Positions 25,998 to 39,550 of a stretch of DNA of 64,000 nucleotides are shown here, piece after piece; the stretch's first letter is position 1; each line of letters opens with the position of its first letter. Source of the DNA: Eledone cirrhosa (taxonomy: Eukaryota); NCBI GenBank assembly GCA_964016885.1, contig OZ024743.1, positions 24,304,001 to 24,368,000 of the forward strand, written 5' to 3'. The notes under the pieces are model-generated. The model made no database searches. It was not told the DNA's origin and saw nothing but the letters and a program-made list of their open reading frames with translations. Position numbers and translations under genes: made by a program.

Positions 25998-26854
25998 AAT
26001 GCATATATATATATATATGTGGGGGGGGGGGGGGCATGTGTGCGCGTACACACATATACATAAGATTAAGCGAATGTGCGTACGAACGCCTCTATGAGTG
26101 TGTGTAAGCGATATAATCAACAAGAATTCAGCTTCGCTGAAGCATGATAAGTATCTTGGCGAAGTGTCCCAAACATTTTGCATTTTGTTGAAGGAGCGAG
26201 TAGATTGAAGGCGCAAGAAGAAGAAGAAGAAGAAGAAGAAGAAGAAGAAGAAGAAGAAGAAGAAGAAGAAGAAGAAGAAGAAATGCGTGCAAGATGAGCA
26301 GGTAGGAAAAGAGGACTAGAATGGAAATGTAACATGAAGATAAACGAGCAAAGACAAACCAAAAGCAAGATGGCGGCGGAAAGAAGGAAGTGAGCGTATG
26401 AGCAAGCGATGGAGCGAAGCTTTGCCCTACCGAAGTGTTCTCATGGGAAGTAAACAATGTAGCAGTTAATATACAACAAGGCTAGTTTAAATAAGCTTTC
26501 GCTCCTTAAGTGGCTTCCGAGAAACTGCAGGGGTTTCGTGTAAGAGAGAATAGACCAGGGGCAAATTTCAATGGCGGAAAGGCCGAGATTCTAAACAATT
26601 GATCTGTAATCAGTTAAACAGTCTTGTATTCTTTTTCACACTTTCTCTCATTCTCTCCCCTTCTTTCTCTCCCACTCTCTCCTTCACTCTATTCCACTTT
26701 CTTTCACATTCTCTCACGCTTCTCCTACCTTTTCTCTCTTTCCCCTCTTCTCTCTCCCACTTTTACACCCCTTCGTCGTCTCTCTCTCGTTTCTATCTAA
26801 TTCTCTTATTTCTCCCAATGGCTACCTTTGTATTTCTTCATATATATATATGTT

Positions 26855-26934
<80 letters not shown>

Positions 26935-27111
26935 TATATGTGTGAGTGTGTGTGTGTGTGTTTCGACGACAAGTGTTGCAGTTGAGTTCTTCAATGAAAC
27001 AGTCAGCTGATTAGAATGGAACAACATGAAATAAAGTGTCTTGTACAAGGACACACTGCACCGCTGGAAGTCGAATACCTTAAAATCTAAGCCGCCACGC
27101 GTATCCACACA

Positions 27112-27174
<63 letters not shown>

Positions 27175-27461
27175 GTACGAATGGGTTATATCGAACATTA
27201 ATAATAATGTTCGATTCGTTTGTAAACAAAGGAGCTCGATTGGAAGCTGTGCCGTGTCGGTGACCGGTCGTCATCTGGTTGTTCAACACTGGCTTTGGGG
27301 AACAATGAACATGTTTCTGCGTCATTACCCTTCATCAGGACGGTATACCTCTCTGCTAATGTGTTGAACGGTTGGAAATATTTAGTATTTTCTTAAATAT
27401 GCGTGGCTGAGCAGCCCCATTTACATACCCAGCGAGTTGCGGCAGGCTTTGCCGAATATTA

Positions 27462-28815
27462 TATATACATACGAGATGACCTAGACTTTCTCAACCATAA
27501 ACTAAATATAGTAAACCAAAATATTTACATGGTTTCATTTGATGTTGTGAACCTATATAGTAACATCCCTCATGACTACGGAATCGAAGTTATCCATTAC
27601 TGGATAAATGCTACCAGACCGCATTAACAGAAACTTCATCATAGAAGGTTTTGAAGTCATCCTAAAAATCTATTACTTTATATTCCATGAAACACCCTAC
27701 CGGCAGAAATCAGGTACAGCCATGGATACCAAAGTAGCGCCAACTTAGTCATGGTATACCATGAATTAAAAATCTACGAAAAAGCTTCCCAAATTTATAG
27801 GAGTACCTTCGGTTGCTATATAAAAGGAAACTAGAAAAGATACCTAGATGACTGTTTTATTTCGTGGCGGGAAAATCTTGATGAACTAAGAATTTTCAGG
27901 CCTTCATTATTGATATAAACTCTAACATACAATTCCCTATGGAATTTAGCAATAGTAAGCTCCATTTCTTAGACATACAAACAAACACAAAATTAGAAAC
28001 TGACATATATTTCAAACTTACCAGATCCCGGCAATACCGCCTCTTCACATCTGCTCATCCAGCTCGTACATGTACCAATATTCCAATTAACCCAGCTAAG
28101 CGAATCTGCACAATGGTTTCAAACACTAAAGGGACCACAGATCAGAGGAGATGACAGATATATTCATCAAGAGAAAACACCCTCTAAACATAATCACCGA
28201 TAGCATTCAAAAAGCAAAAAATAATATCCAAGTCCTTTGATAAGCAAAACCAAAGAAAAGGGGAAAAAAGTTATGCCACGCATCTCAACATTCAACATCT
28301 AATGCACAGAAATCCATACACGCATACAACTAAACCTACCTATACTACAAAAAGACAAAAAAAAATGAAGAACCTCTGATAAAAAATATCTTATTATTAA
28401 GAGTAAACGGCAGCCGAAATCATTAAAAAAAAAAAATACTGGCAGGACTGCAAACCACAATCACAGAACCTCATGTGAAAAGATGCAACCGACTCCATTT
28501 CGGAATATCCAACTACCGGTTGGAAGGCCATAAATTTCACTTGAAAGAGGGACCCATCTTCAAAATTAGGAATAATATCTCGTGCAACTCGGAAAACTTA
28601 ATTTATGTCATAACATGTCGAGGTTATCACGAATATTATGTAGGACAGACATTCCAACAAGTCCATAGGCAGTAAATCAATAACCCGTATTAGAAAGATC
28701 CCACTAAACAAACATATAGAAGAATGCTGAATCAAAACGCTACGAAAATTCGATGATTTCCCATTTTACCAAGATAGTTATGAAATCACAGAACAAGGTC
28801 TAATTAATAAAGATG
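27462..28815 (+). mobile_element. Decayed Penelope-like element (RT + GIY-YIG endonuclease), Neptune-like
   Basis: MVSFDVVNLYSNIP; YRQKSGTAMDTKVAP; RYLDDCF; LHFLDI; CNSENLIYVITCRGYHEYYVGQT; many stops and frameshifts. Confidence 0.85.
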
Positions 28816-29487
28816 CTGTATGTCCATGATTCTCACCGGGAAAGAAGTGACGTCGATGGGTCCGTAATCCTCATCTGACTATTACTCGGAAGCTAGCTAC
28901 TGTCATCTATTATCATCATAAAACGTTGGACATTTGAAATGTTGTCAACAAGGTGATTAAGGAGTCTCATTTACCCGGTTCTGAAATGAGAATGATCCGT
29001 CTACGAGAGAGTCAGCAAACCAAGTATAACAAGCTCTGTCTACCCAACGTTTATACACACACACATTCGCGCGTACAAACACTCACCACAAGCACACACA
29101 CACATACGCACGTATACACACTCATTCTAAATGAGAACAAACATGAAGCCTGAAATACAAAAATATCTATTGGGCAAATTCTTGTGTGAAACGGAAAAAG
29201 CTAGTGTCTTCAACGTATTGCACGTCAGTCATTCTTTAAAAAAGAAATGAGAGTGAGAGAGAAATTAAGAAAAGAAAATATTTAAAATTTAAATTAAAGT
29301 GTGGATTTGAATCAGTCAGCAAATTGACACTAAAATAAGAATGTGTGAGTTTTTCCATACTTAACCCCTTAACCAAACACCTATATCATTATCTATCATA
29401 TGTATGAGAGATAGAGAGAGAAAGAGAGGGAGAAAGAGAGAAAGAGAGAGAGAGATAGAGTGAGAGTGAGAGAGAAATTGATAGATA

Positions 29488-31302
29488 TGTTTCTTTTATT
29501 TGCCACCAGGGCATCAAAAGTGGGACAAGTACAATGGGGGGAGTTTACAAAACAAGGCGTCCTCAATAAGGAGGAGGCAATAACAATATATAAAAATAAA
29601 ATAAAATATAACAAAAAAATAAAGTTTATAACAAAGTCCTCAATAGAGAGGAGGCGCCTTGGGGGGTCGCACACAGCCCCGAAAAAAAGTGTGCAACCCT
29701 TTTCCCCAGGAGCACAGAGAAGGGGTGCTCCCTTGGTCTTTCATCTTCCTCACCTATAGTCTGATGTAGAGTGAAGGCCCATTCACACGAGCCATTCTCG
29801 CCACTTTCACCCATCTTTCATAGAAACGGCTGGGGTGCAGCACCTCTCTCTCCATCCTGATCCTTCTTCCGAAATGATATCGGAAGAAACGGACCAGTTG
29901 TTGGCCAGAGAGAAAGGTGTCTGACCTCAGTCCTTTCAGACGCGTCCACCATACAACCTCTTTCGCCATGGCTATTACGCACAGAAACACCGCCTCTTCT
30001 TCGTTTTTGAAGAGGGGAGACGGCTTGATCGTTACAATAGACTCGGTGGTCAACCGGATCGCTCCCACCCTTGACAGCAGTTGTTCGACATAGCCCTACA
30101 GATCAGCAATGCCCGAGCAGTGTACCAATGCGTGTGCAACGGTTTCCTCGTCGCACACGCATCTGGGAAAGATCTTTTTCGAGGGATCCCTACCCGGGCG
30201 CCCGTGTCTGTAGAGCCTTTCTCGAACGGGCAGAGCCCTTCTGTAGCATTGCCAGGCCAGGGACCTCTGGAAGTTATCCATGGGTCCCGGGCTGAATGTC
30301 CTACCGAACAGGTTGGCCAGTTCGTCTTCCTCCATGCCTAGGGCTTCTCCGAGGGCGTCGTCGCACCTGCTAACTACCAGCCCTCTATAGAATGACGAGG
30401 TGGATTCTCCACTGACAGCCGGGTCCGCCTGCCAGAGAGCCGTGAGCTCCTGGGCACACACGGTGTGCCAGGCGCCCAGTTTTCTCGGTCTTTGCTTGAC
30501 CCAGGATTGCAGCTCGGTGAGTGAGACGAGTCTGGGAAAGGCTCGCCTCACAAACGGGGCCCACACCGGTTGACCGGAGAGGAATACCTGAAGGTGCCGT
30601 AGCCTTAATGCGTGTTTACGTATCATTAGCCACGGCATCCCCAGCCCTCCTTTCGAAGGGTGTTGACAGCAGATGGATCTCCTCACCATAGGAGCGCGCT
30701 TCTTCCAAAGGAATTGGAAGAGTGCGCGCTCCATTTTGGCGAGCGTTTCCCTTGGGCAAGGCACAACGGTCAGGCGGTAGTAGATGACGGACGCTATATA
30801 AGTGTTCGCCACCTCCGCCCGACCTTTCAGGGACAGTTTGCACTCGGCCCACTTCTGGGTCAGTGCAAACACCCTGTTCGTTACCTCACCCCAGTTCTTC
30901 TCCACCTGGAGGTCTGGTCCGAACCAGACCCCGAGCAACTTCACCGAGCCCTCCGTCCAGCGCCCGACGATGCCATCGGAGGGCATCGATCTGCCCCTCC
31001 ACGTGCCGAGTTGCAGACCGATCGATTTGTCCCGGTTCAGCTTAGCCCCTGTAAACCTTTCGTACTCCTCCAGTAAGGTGCCGATCGCCCCGATTTCCGA
31101 GGCCGTCGAGACCATTACTGTTACGTCATCGGCGTAGGCTGACACCGCTTTCCGCAATCCCGGTTCCAACGGGATGCCCTGCAACAACTCCAACTTCCGC
31201 AGCAGTGGCTCTAGAGTCACTACATACAGAAGGGAGGAGAGAGGGCACCCTTGTCGGATGGACCGCGCGATTTCGAACGGCTCCGAGAGGTAGCCGTTCA
31301 CC
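29488..31302 (-). mobile_element. 5'-truncated L1/Tx1-clade LINE with a 15-bp target-site duplication (TSD)
   Basis: RQGCPLSS, AYADDVTV, KLLGVWF, CCHC tail; TSD agaaattgatagata at 29473-29487 and 31303-31317. Confidence 0.9.
30096..31301 (-). pseudogene. Tx1-type ORF2 RT C-terminal portion; frameshift continues to 29754
   Basis: 401-aa ORF with RT motifs. Confidence 0.85.
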
Positions 31303-31330
31303 AGAAATTGATAGATAGCTAACCGTCAAG

Positions 31331-31810
31331 TCACTGTCTTATCGCTAGAGTGCCGGCCGCTTTCCACGCCATGGTGCTCTGAACGAGGTCATAGAGCATG
31401 GCTTGGACGCTGCAGGCTTCCCCTTCCTGCTCGAGCTGGTGGGGCTGGACCGAGAGGATGACAAAACGCCAGATGGCATGACCATACTCCCGTTCCACGG
31501 TGATAAAACCCTCATCTGAATACCACATGCAACGCCACACTCTCCAGCGGCAACCTGGTGCAGTCTGCAACTAACCTAGGCTTTACTGCACTTCAGGCCG
31601 AGGAGGGCAAAGTCTCCAATTATCGGCTGCTCTCCGACAGGTGCGTGGTCTAGCCCGTGGAAGTGGAGACTTCTGGTGTCCTTGGCTCTAAACCCCATCC
31701 CCTGCTCACCACCATCGGCAGAGAGTTAGCTACCTGCAGGTGAGAGCCTCGGGAGTTGGAATGGTTCTTCCAGCGCATCTCCCTTACCAACCTTCGGGGC
31801 GGCCAGCACC
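31331..31810 (+). mobile_element. CRE-like non-LTR retrotransposon REL-endonuclease fragment (absent from the ORF track)
   Basis: AGRFPRHGALNEVIEHGLDAAGFPFLLELVGLDREDDKTPDGMTILPF...AEEGKVSNYRLL...PVEVETSGVLG...WFFQRISL. Confidence 0.75.
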
Positions 31811-34155
31811 TGGGACCACATTTGCTCATATTAGTGAGAGATGGGGAGAGCAGGGGAGACGGAGGCAGTGACAGTGGGGGTTGGTTCTTTTGTGTTCGGA
31901 CTCGGTGTGTATGTATATGTTTCACGGACACACTCCTGCAAAAATATGGTAACCCACTACAATCTATCACATGGTTGACTCAATCGACAACCCTACCAAT
32001 TTGCTTGTTGAGAAGGATACTTTCTTAGCCATCTGCGGAGTGTAAAACAAAAGCTATCCTTATACAACACTTGACATTCTTCTAAATAACATGTCAAGCC
32101 AACCTCCCTTATTCCGTTTTCTTCGATAAATATTTTATTAAAAAAACCCATTAATATTAGAATTGTTTATTATACATTTCTAAGTATTTCTTTTCATGAA
32201 ACACAAAGTAAGATTTATCTATTAAATACAATATCTGCTCGTGGCTGTAAACGTTCACAATATTTTTTACCAAACAATGTCACTTTTAACTGAACTAAAA
32301 TTCAGTTATTTTTTGCGAAACAATATAAATTTTGCTTTACTAAATAAAATTTTAGGTTTTGGAGTGAACTCAAAGTCAGATTCGTTTTACTTATCACAGT
32401 TAGTTTTTGTTGATTTCTAAAGCCAGTATTTTCCTTTATTTCATGCTATTTTTGTCTAAACATATTCAATATTTCCTTACCATATTAGATTCTTTATTAG
32501 ACACAACATTATTTTCATAAGTGAATACAATGTTATATTATTTACAAAACGCAAAATAAATATATATTTTTAAATTGAACACATATGTTGACAAAACACC
32601 AAGTAATACTATTATATGCAATTTATTTGATACTAGCGTTTGGTATACTGTCTGCTGATAGATGAAAGAGATCCATTTTCTCTGTAACTATAATATAGAG
32701 TGAGTATATCTATTAAGACGAGCAATGTTTCATCGTATTCAGAATACATGTTAACTGCTGATACATATTACTGAACCTACTGCTACTAATGTTAAACAAA
32801 GTTTTGGATTCCTCTTTTTTTTCAAGTATCATTCCGATTATTCTATTTATTTTAATCTTCTGAGACGGAAAATCTATTTTATACTTAGCTATATTATACT
32901 AAAATCAGTATAAATTGTTTTTCTCTTAACTCAATGTCAGAATTAACATGTTATCTGAAAGGTATAGAAGTGACTGAATTAAACCATTTTAGTAGAGTAT
33001 TTCAATTGTTTTGTCTCTCATCACTCCCTTATGCATAATGCAACATTGATTCACCCGAAAAAATTAAATCGTAGCTTGATTGAATTGAGAGTTTAATGTC
33101 TTAAAGATCAATCAAGAGAAAAGAAAAAGTAGCGTGTGTGAGGTAAGGGGATATCCTCAAATGAAGAGAAAAAGAAGATATTAAGCAGAAGACTTGCAAT
33201 ACAGTTTATTCCACTAAATGCGACAAAGGACCAGGTGATGGTCTTTAAGTGAAGGATCATTCACGTATTTAGCTGCAAAAGGTGACGTCGAAATTTGACT
33301 TCAGAATACGAAGAACTGCCTTGGATTGATACTTTATTTATTGACCTTGGATGAATGAACGCCGACTTGACGGTGAAATTCTGAATTCATAAGAGAAAGG
33401 AACTAATAGTTGGCTCAAGGTATTTCGTCCGACGCTCTCTCGCTCCTGCTAATTCACAGCCTATTACTTGTATTCATCTTCAAAACTCATAGCTCCTCAA
33501 CGTAAACACTAATAGCACTCTACATAAATTGATCAGTAATTTCAACTGAATGGTCGTTCAAGCAACACAGATGTGTTAGCAACAGCATAAAACAGAAACA
33601 GGAAAATATCACGTAGGTGGCCGGCGGGTTGACCTAAAGTTATAGTCGTAAGATGTCAGAACAAAAACGAAAAAAACAAAAGAGAAGTGACTTAGCAAAT
33701 ATCAAGTGCCGGTTAACTGACACTAAACAATTGATTATTGTAATTACTACCTTGACGAAAGTTAATAAAAGGATAATCATCGATTTACTAATAAGTTATC
33801 CAATATAACCAATGGCAATGTATTTGATCTTTATTATAAGTAATAAAACCTATCAACTATTCTCTATAATATACCAATGTACGTATATATGCATGTATAT
33901 GCATATGTGTATGCTTGTTTATATTTAAGTCTGCATATGTGAATGTATGCATATGTGTAAGTATGTTTGTGAATAGAATGACATGTATGTACCAATTTAT
34001 ATATCAGTATAATATTTATGATATTTTAAATGGGCACGATGTATTTATGATTTTTGGCCCGCACACACATATGCAAATACACATATACAGTGAAATGCGA
34101 ACACACATTTACGTACATATATACCAAAGTGAGCACAAATGTTCAAATATCTCTG

Positions 34156-34214
<59 letters not shown>

Positions 34215-34287
34215 ATACATATATATATATGCACAAATAAATACATACAGACATATATATACTTACACATACATATATATATATATG

Positions 34288-34324
<37 letters not shown>

Positions 34325-34354
34325 ATACTGTATATATATATATATATATATATG

Positions 34355-34429
<75 letters not shown>

Positions 34430-34446
34430 CATATATATACTTATAT

Positions 34447-34492
<46 letters not shown>

Positions 34493-34962
34493 GAAATGTA
34501 TGTATTATTGATATATTGTATGAATTCATGCATAAATATGAGTAACATATTCGTATATACGAGATCTTTGTTGCTCAGTTCGGTGCAAGTTTCTTTTGAA
34601 GCGGCAAACAATGCGGCAATGAAGCTCTTCAAAATCAATCTGCCAATCAATTCAATGCCACCCGCCTTTTGTCACGCTAGTAAGGCAGGCGATTCAATTC
34701 GTTTCTACAACCGAAAACACAATTAAAGCGTCACGGTAAATTCACATTACGTAAATACACGCAACCTCCAGACATACATAAACGCACACTCACACAAAGC
34801 CACACACGCATATATATACTATATACATACATACAAACACACATATATATATATATATATGTGTGTATATATATATATATGTATATATATATTATTTATT
34901 TAGATCTATAAGTATTATATTTACATGTATACTCAATATATTTACATATATACCGATATATA

Positions 34963-35022
<60 letters not shown>

Positions 35023-35529
35023 TATATATCATGCAATGGGCTTATGTACAGTTTCCCTCTACAAAATTCCACTCACATAGCATTCGTCAGACCCAAACCA
35101 TATGGTATGCTCAATTTTACTTGTGCACTAGAATCAAACACGGATCCAAAATATTTCCGGCCATTCTTTTACAATCTGTCATTTCTCATATATCAATCCA
35201 GGAATAAAGAACGACAAATGTATTAAGTCAATGTTGAGAAAAGATAGAAGCAAATGCCTATACATACGTAGATATTGTGAGTTAAAAACTATATGTAGTT
35301 AAAAACTATATGTAGTCAAATCCCTTCTTAGACAAGTTTGAAAGTTTTGTCTTCTATAAAAGCCTTAAATATAGAAATCTCACGAGTAAAACAATACTTA
35401 CAAAGTGATATACAAAAAGATGGGTAGAGAATTCTAGAGGAAAGTACAAGAAATAATTTGCTTCAGCTGAAACAAGATGGCGTAGGACAGAACAAAGGAG
35501 AGGCACAAAAACAAAGAAAAGAATCCCCA

Positions 35530-35572
35530 GTCACTGAAGAGGTCACATAATGTGTAACGAAAGAACTTTGAC
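35530..35572 (+). ncRNA. Minimal type I hammerhead ribozyme (family C)
   Basis: gtca CTGAAGA ggtcacataatgtgtaac GAAA gaac TT tgac. Confidence 0.6.
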
Positions 35573-35843
35573 AATATATAAACAACCATCTGGTTGTGGA
35601 ACCAACCAACCAACCGGAAATTTATAAATTCCTAAATTTATAAATTTATTATAATAAATTGAAGTGAAAGCAACTCGTGCGTGTGTTTTTTATTGGCAAC
35701 ATGACCCTCCAAAGTATGACAATATCGGTTTCAACACACGTTTTCAGATAAAGAATCTTGCTAAACAAATTCAGAAACGAAAATATGTTGATTTAAAACT
35801 GCACTATTCACAAGTGTTTTTTAACCATCATATCATGTCTCCC

Positions 35844-35913
35844 TATTTTATCTGACGAAAACGCAAATGTCATCGCATGAGGATATTTGTTTTGAAATGC
35901 GCATAATAAAATA
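35844..35913 (+). ncRNA. Type I hammerhead ribozyme
   Basis: tattttat CTGACGA aaa-c-gcaaatgtc.tc-gcat-ga.gatatttgt-ttt GAAA tgcgca TA ataaaata; perfect 8-bp stem I. Confidence 0.85.
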
Positions 35914-35943
35914 CATGGAACTCTTTTAACCATTTTTTGATCT

Positions 35944-36001
<58 letters not shown>

Positions 36002-36142
36002 CGAAGGAAATGTGGTAAGGAACCAGGTGGACCATAATGCACCAAAGTACTCAATACTTAGGGTAGTAGAGTGGGTAATAGGAACGAGTCCAGAATTAGC
36101 CGTCGAAACGGCTTGAGCTCAGCCGTCGGGGTCCTACTCGTT

Positions 36143-36190
<48 letters not shown>

Positions 36191-36260
36191 GTTAGAAACT
36201 CAGAGTAGTCTCTTACAATTAAATACTTCTAAGAAAAAGGGTATATATATATATATATAT

Positions 36261-37116
36261 ACTGGTTAATGTTCAGAGCCATCCTCAGCATTCTCGTGTA
36301 ACACCCATCCACCATCTGAGTGAGTTTATTGGTCAGTGTCCAAGTCTCAGACCCGTACAGCAGCACAGAATGAAGAGGCGGATTTTCAGGTCTTTACGAA
36401 GGTCCGACTTCCACACCGATCCCAAGCTGTGGCACGCCCCCCAAGCTTTAGTCTTCCTCTCAACCACATCATCTTCCGTATTCCCAATCTTTGCTCCGAA
36501 ATACAGGAAGTCCTCAACCAATTTTAGCGGCTTCCCGCCTACATTAGTGATCCCCTCTGGCTTCTCAACATTCTCTACCAGATATTTTGTTTTAGTCTCA
36601 TTCATTCTCAGCCCCACACTCATCGACACAGTCTCAACCTCCTGCATCAAATCCTCTGCCTCCTTCACTGTATTTGTCACCAAAACTATGTCGTCGGCAA
36701 ATTCAGCATCCGATATCTTTTTCGCCTTAACTCTCCTGCTCTGAGCCGGTGCTACAGTAAAGCCAGAGTCCTGGTGTTTCTCCAGTGAAAGGCGCATACA
36801 ATAGTCTACTGCGATGAAAAAAGGTAGGGAGCCAATGTATCTCCCTGGAGCACTCCAGCCAGTATCTCAAAGAACTCTGTCATCCCATCAGGTGTAATGA
36901 CTTGGGTTTTGGTGTTGGTGTAGAGCAGTGATATCAGGTCCACTATCTTCTTGGGGATTCCATAAGCCTGTAAGATCTTCATCAGGCAGTGACGGTCCAC
37001 AGAATCAAAGGCCTTCCTAAAGTCAATGAAAACCATGACCGCAGGAAGGCACTTTGCTCTAGCTCCTTCTAATATCCTTCTCAGCATCAGGATGTGACTG
37101 GTGGTTGATCTTCCCT
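36261..37116 (-). mobile_element. RTE/RTE-X LINE RT fragment
   Basis: FIDFRKAFDSV, GVLQGDTLAPYLF, EFADDIVLV. Confidence 0.85.
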
Positions 37117-37692
37117 CGCTATAATTGGTTGAGGACTTCCTGTATTTGGGAGCAAAGATTGGGAATACGGAAGATGATGTGGTTGAGAGGAAGAGCAAAG
37201 CTTGAGCGGCGTGCCACAACTTGAGATCGGTGTGGATGTCGGACCTTCGTAAACACCTGAAAATCTGCCTCTTCATTTCTGTAGTGGAGTCTGTGCTGCT
37301 GTACGGGTCTGAGACTTGGACACTGACCAAGAAACTGACTCAGACGGTGGATGGGTGCTACACGAGAATGCTGAGGATGGCTCTGAACATTAATCAGTAT
37401 ACACTGAGGATGAAAAACTCTGTATGCGAGGCTCCCAAAAGTCAGCTCAAAAGTGACACAGAGGAGACTGAGGTTAGCTGGACATGCTCACCGACATCCA
37501 GATTTGACATTGCACTCAGTGGTCCTATGGGAGCCCCTACAGGGACACACTGGAAGTGGAAGACCAAGATTAACGCATGTTGATGCCCTAATTACAGACA
37601 CTGGTCTGTTGGAGACGCAAGACATGGCAGCGATTATGAGGGACAGAGACCGCTGGAGAGAACTCGTCGATGGATCTCGGGAATTTTACCCG

Positions 37693-37694
<2 letters not shown>
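37117..37694 (+). mobile_element. RTE/RTE-X LINE 3' end, inverted relative to 36261-37116, with (TA)n tail
   Basis: [33 protein letters not shown]. Confidence 0.85.
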
Positions 37695-37762
<68 letters not shown>

Positions 37763-37763
37763 G

Positions 37764-37882
<119 letters not shown>

Positions 37883-38184
37883 ATATATGTATATAAATGG
37901 AAAAAAATGAAATTTCATCTCTCACTCTTAGTACGACTGATACCTAAGTATAAGTATGTATACGTACATATACACATGTATACAGACGTACAGTAGTATG
38001 TATATACATACATGCACACATATATATATGTACGTATGGGTTTACCGAACATTTATTATAATGCTCGGTTTGTTTATAAACAAACAGCCCGAATTACTAG
38101 GAACGATGGATTAGTTTCTAGCTTATTAGCTGTCATCAGCACCGTATACATACTTATATATATATATATATATGCGCACGTGAA

Positions 38185-38386
38185 AGCGTGCTGGTTTATG
38201 GTAAAGGACTTCCCGGCGGCGCGCTGTGTCCTTGAGCAAGACACTTTATTTCAGGTTCCTCCAGTAAGCTGAGCTGCCAACAATGAATTGTACCTGTAAT
38301 TCGAAGGGATTGCCTTGTTATATTCTGTGTCACATCCACTCTCTCCGAAAACTACGTTAAGGGTACGCGTGTTTCTGGAATGCTCA

Positions 38387-38388
<2 letters not shown>
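38185..38388 (+). mobile_element. SINE family 2 (tgtgtccttgagcaagacactt core); diverged copies at ~41380-41480 (-) and ~55440-55525 (-)
   Basis: Shared core motif. Confidence 0.55.
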
Positions 38389-38471
<83 letters not shown>

Positions 38472-38593
38472 ACTTGCAGACCCCTGCAATCGGAATTTGT
38501 CGATCTTGGATTTGCAGAAACCTTGCGCTGATGTTGTGTGCTGTATGTGATGTATATCGTGTGCTATATGATATGCATTATATATTTTGCATA

Positions 38594-38780
38594 GGCGGTG
38601 GATTGGCAGTATCAGTAGAGGGTCGGATGCCATGCTTTCCAGCATAGTTACGTCCCTTTGCGATCTGAGTTCAAATCCCGCCGAGGTTGACTTTGCCTTT
38701 CATCCTTACGGGGTCGATAAAATAAAGTACCAGTAATGTACTGGGTAATTGCTGGCCTTGTGCCAATAGTAGAAATAATT
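38594..38780 (+). mobile_element. SINE family 1 with TSD ttatatattttgcat
   Basis: A/B boxes, core and flanking direct repeat. Confidence 0.9.
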
Positions 38781-39051
38781 ATATATTTTGCATTCAGTCT
38801 CACCGTTTTGTCCAGGTCAGTCTAAAATATTTTCCTGAGTCCTGTATTTTCGTTGCTCTGGTGATGCGGCTGGACCACCAGATCGCTATATTTGATTTGC
38901 TAAGCTGTCTAAACGTATTGTTATTACTCTGGGGTACTTTTCCCCATCCGTGTGCTAAAGCTACATACCGAATTTGCATTCGTTAGCTCGGCCGCGAACT
39001 AAAGCTTCGTTAATGCTGTACTAAAATTTATATATATATATATATATATAT

Positions 39052-39232
39052 ATTGAAAAAAAGGAAAAGAATGACTTGTCTTGTAGTGTTAAAAAATGTT
39101 TGATTTAATTTTATAATATTATAATATTATGAGTTGGTTGATCTACCAACTCATAATATTATTATATAATAAAATTAAATCAAAATTTTTTTAACACTAC
39201 AAGTGAAGTAATTCTTTTCCTTTATTTCAAAT
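39052..39232. repeat. AT-rich foldback between TA tracts
   Basis: Arms centred on gagttggt tgatct accaactc. Confidence 0.8.
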
Positions 39233-39264
39233 ATACCTAACTGTACCAAGGATCTCACACATTT

Positions 39265-39313
<49 letters not shown>

Positions 39314-39470
39314 ATGTTGAAAAGGTAACACACCATACAGTGCGCTATCAATAAAACAGGGAAAAAAACCACCAGTGTATGGAATCTATAACCTATGAAA
39401 GGCAGACTATAGACACGATAATTAAAAATATAAATTAAAGCGTAAATAAATATCTCTATAACTATATATA

Positions 39471-39550
39471 ACACACGTACAAATCCAAAGAGATGTTTCG
39501 CCAGTAATTTGTTGATAGAAATGAAATAACCTCGGTTCATCAGCGTGTGT
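39471..39550 (-). ncRNA. Type I hammerhead ribozyme (GUA site)
   Basis: acacacg CTGATGA accgagg...tactggc GAAAC atctctttggattt GTA cgtgtgt; 7-bp stem I, imperfect stem II. Confidence 0.7.
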
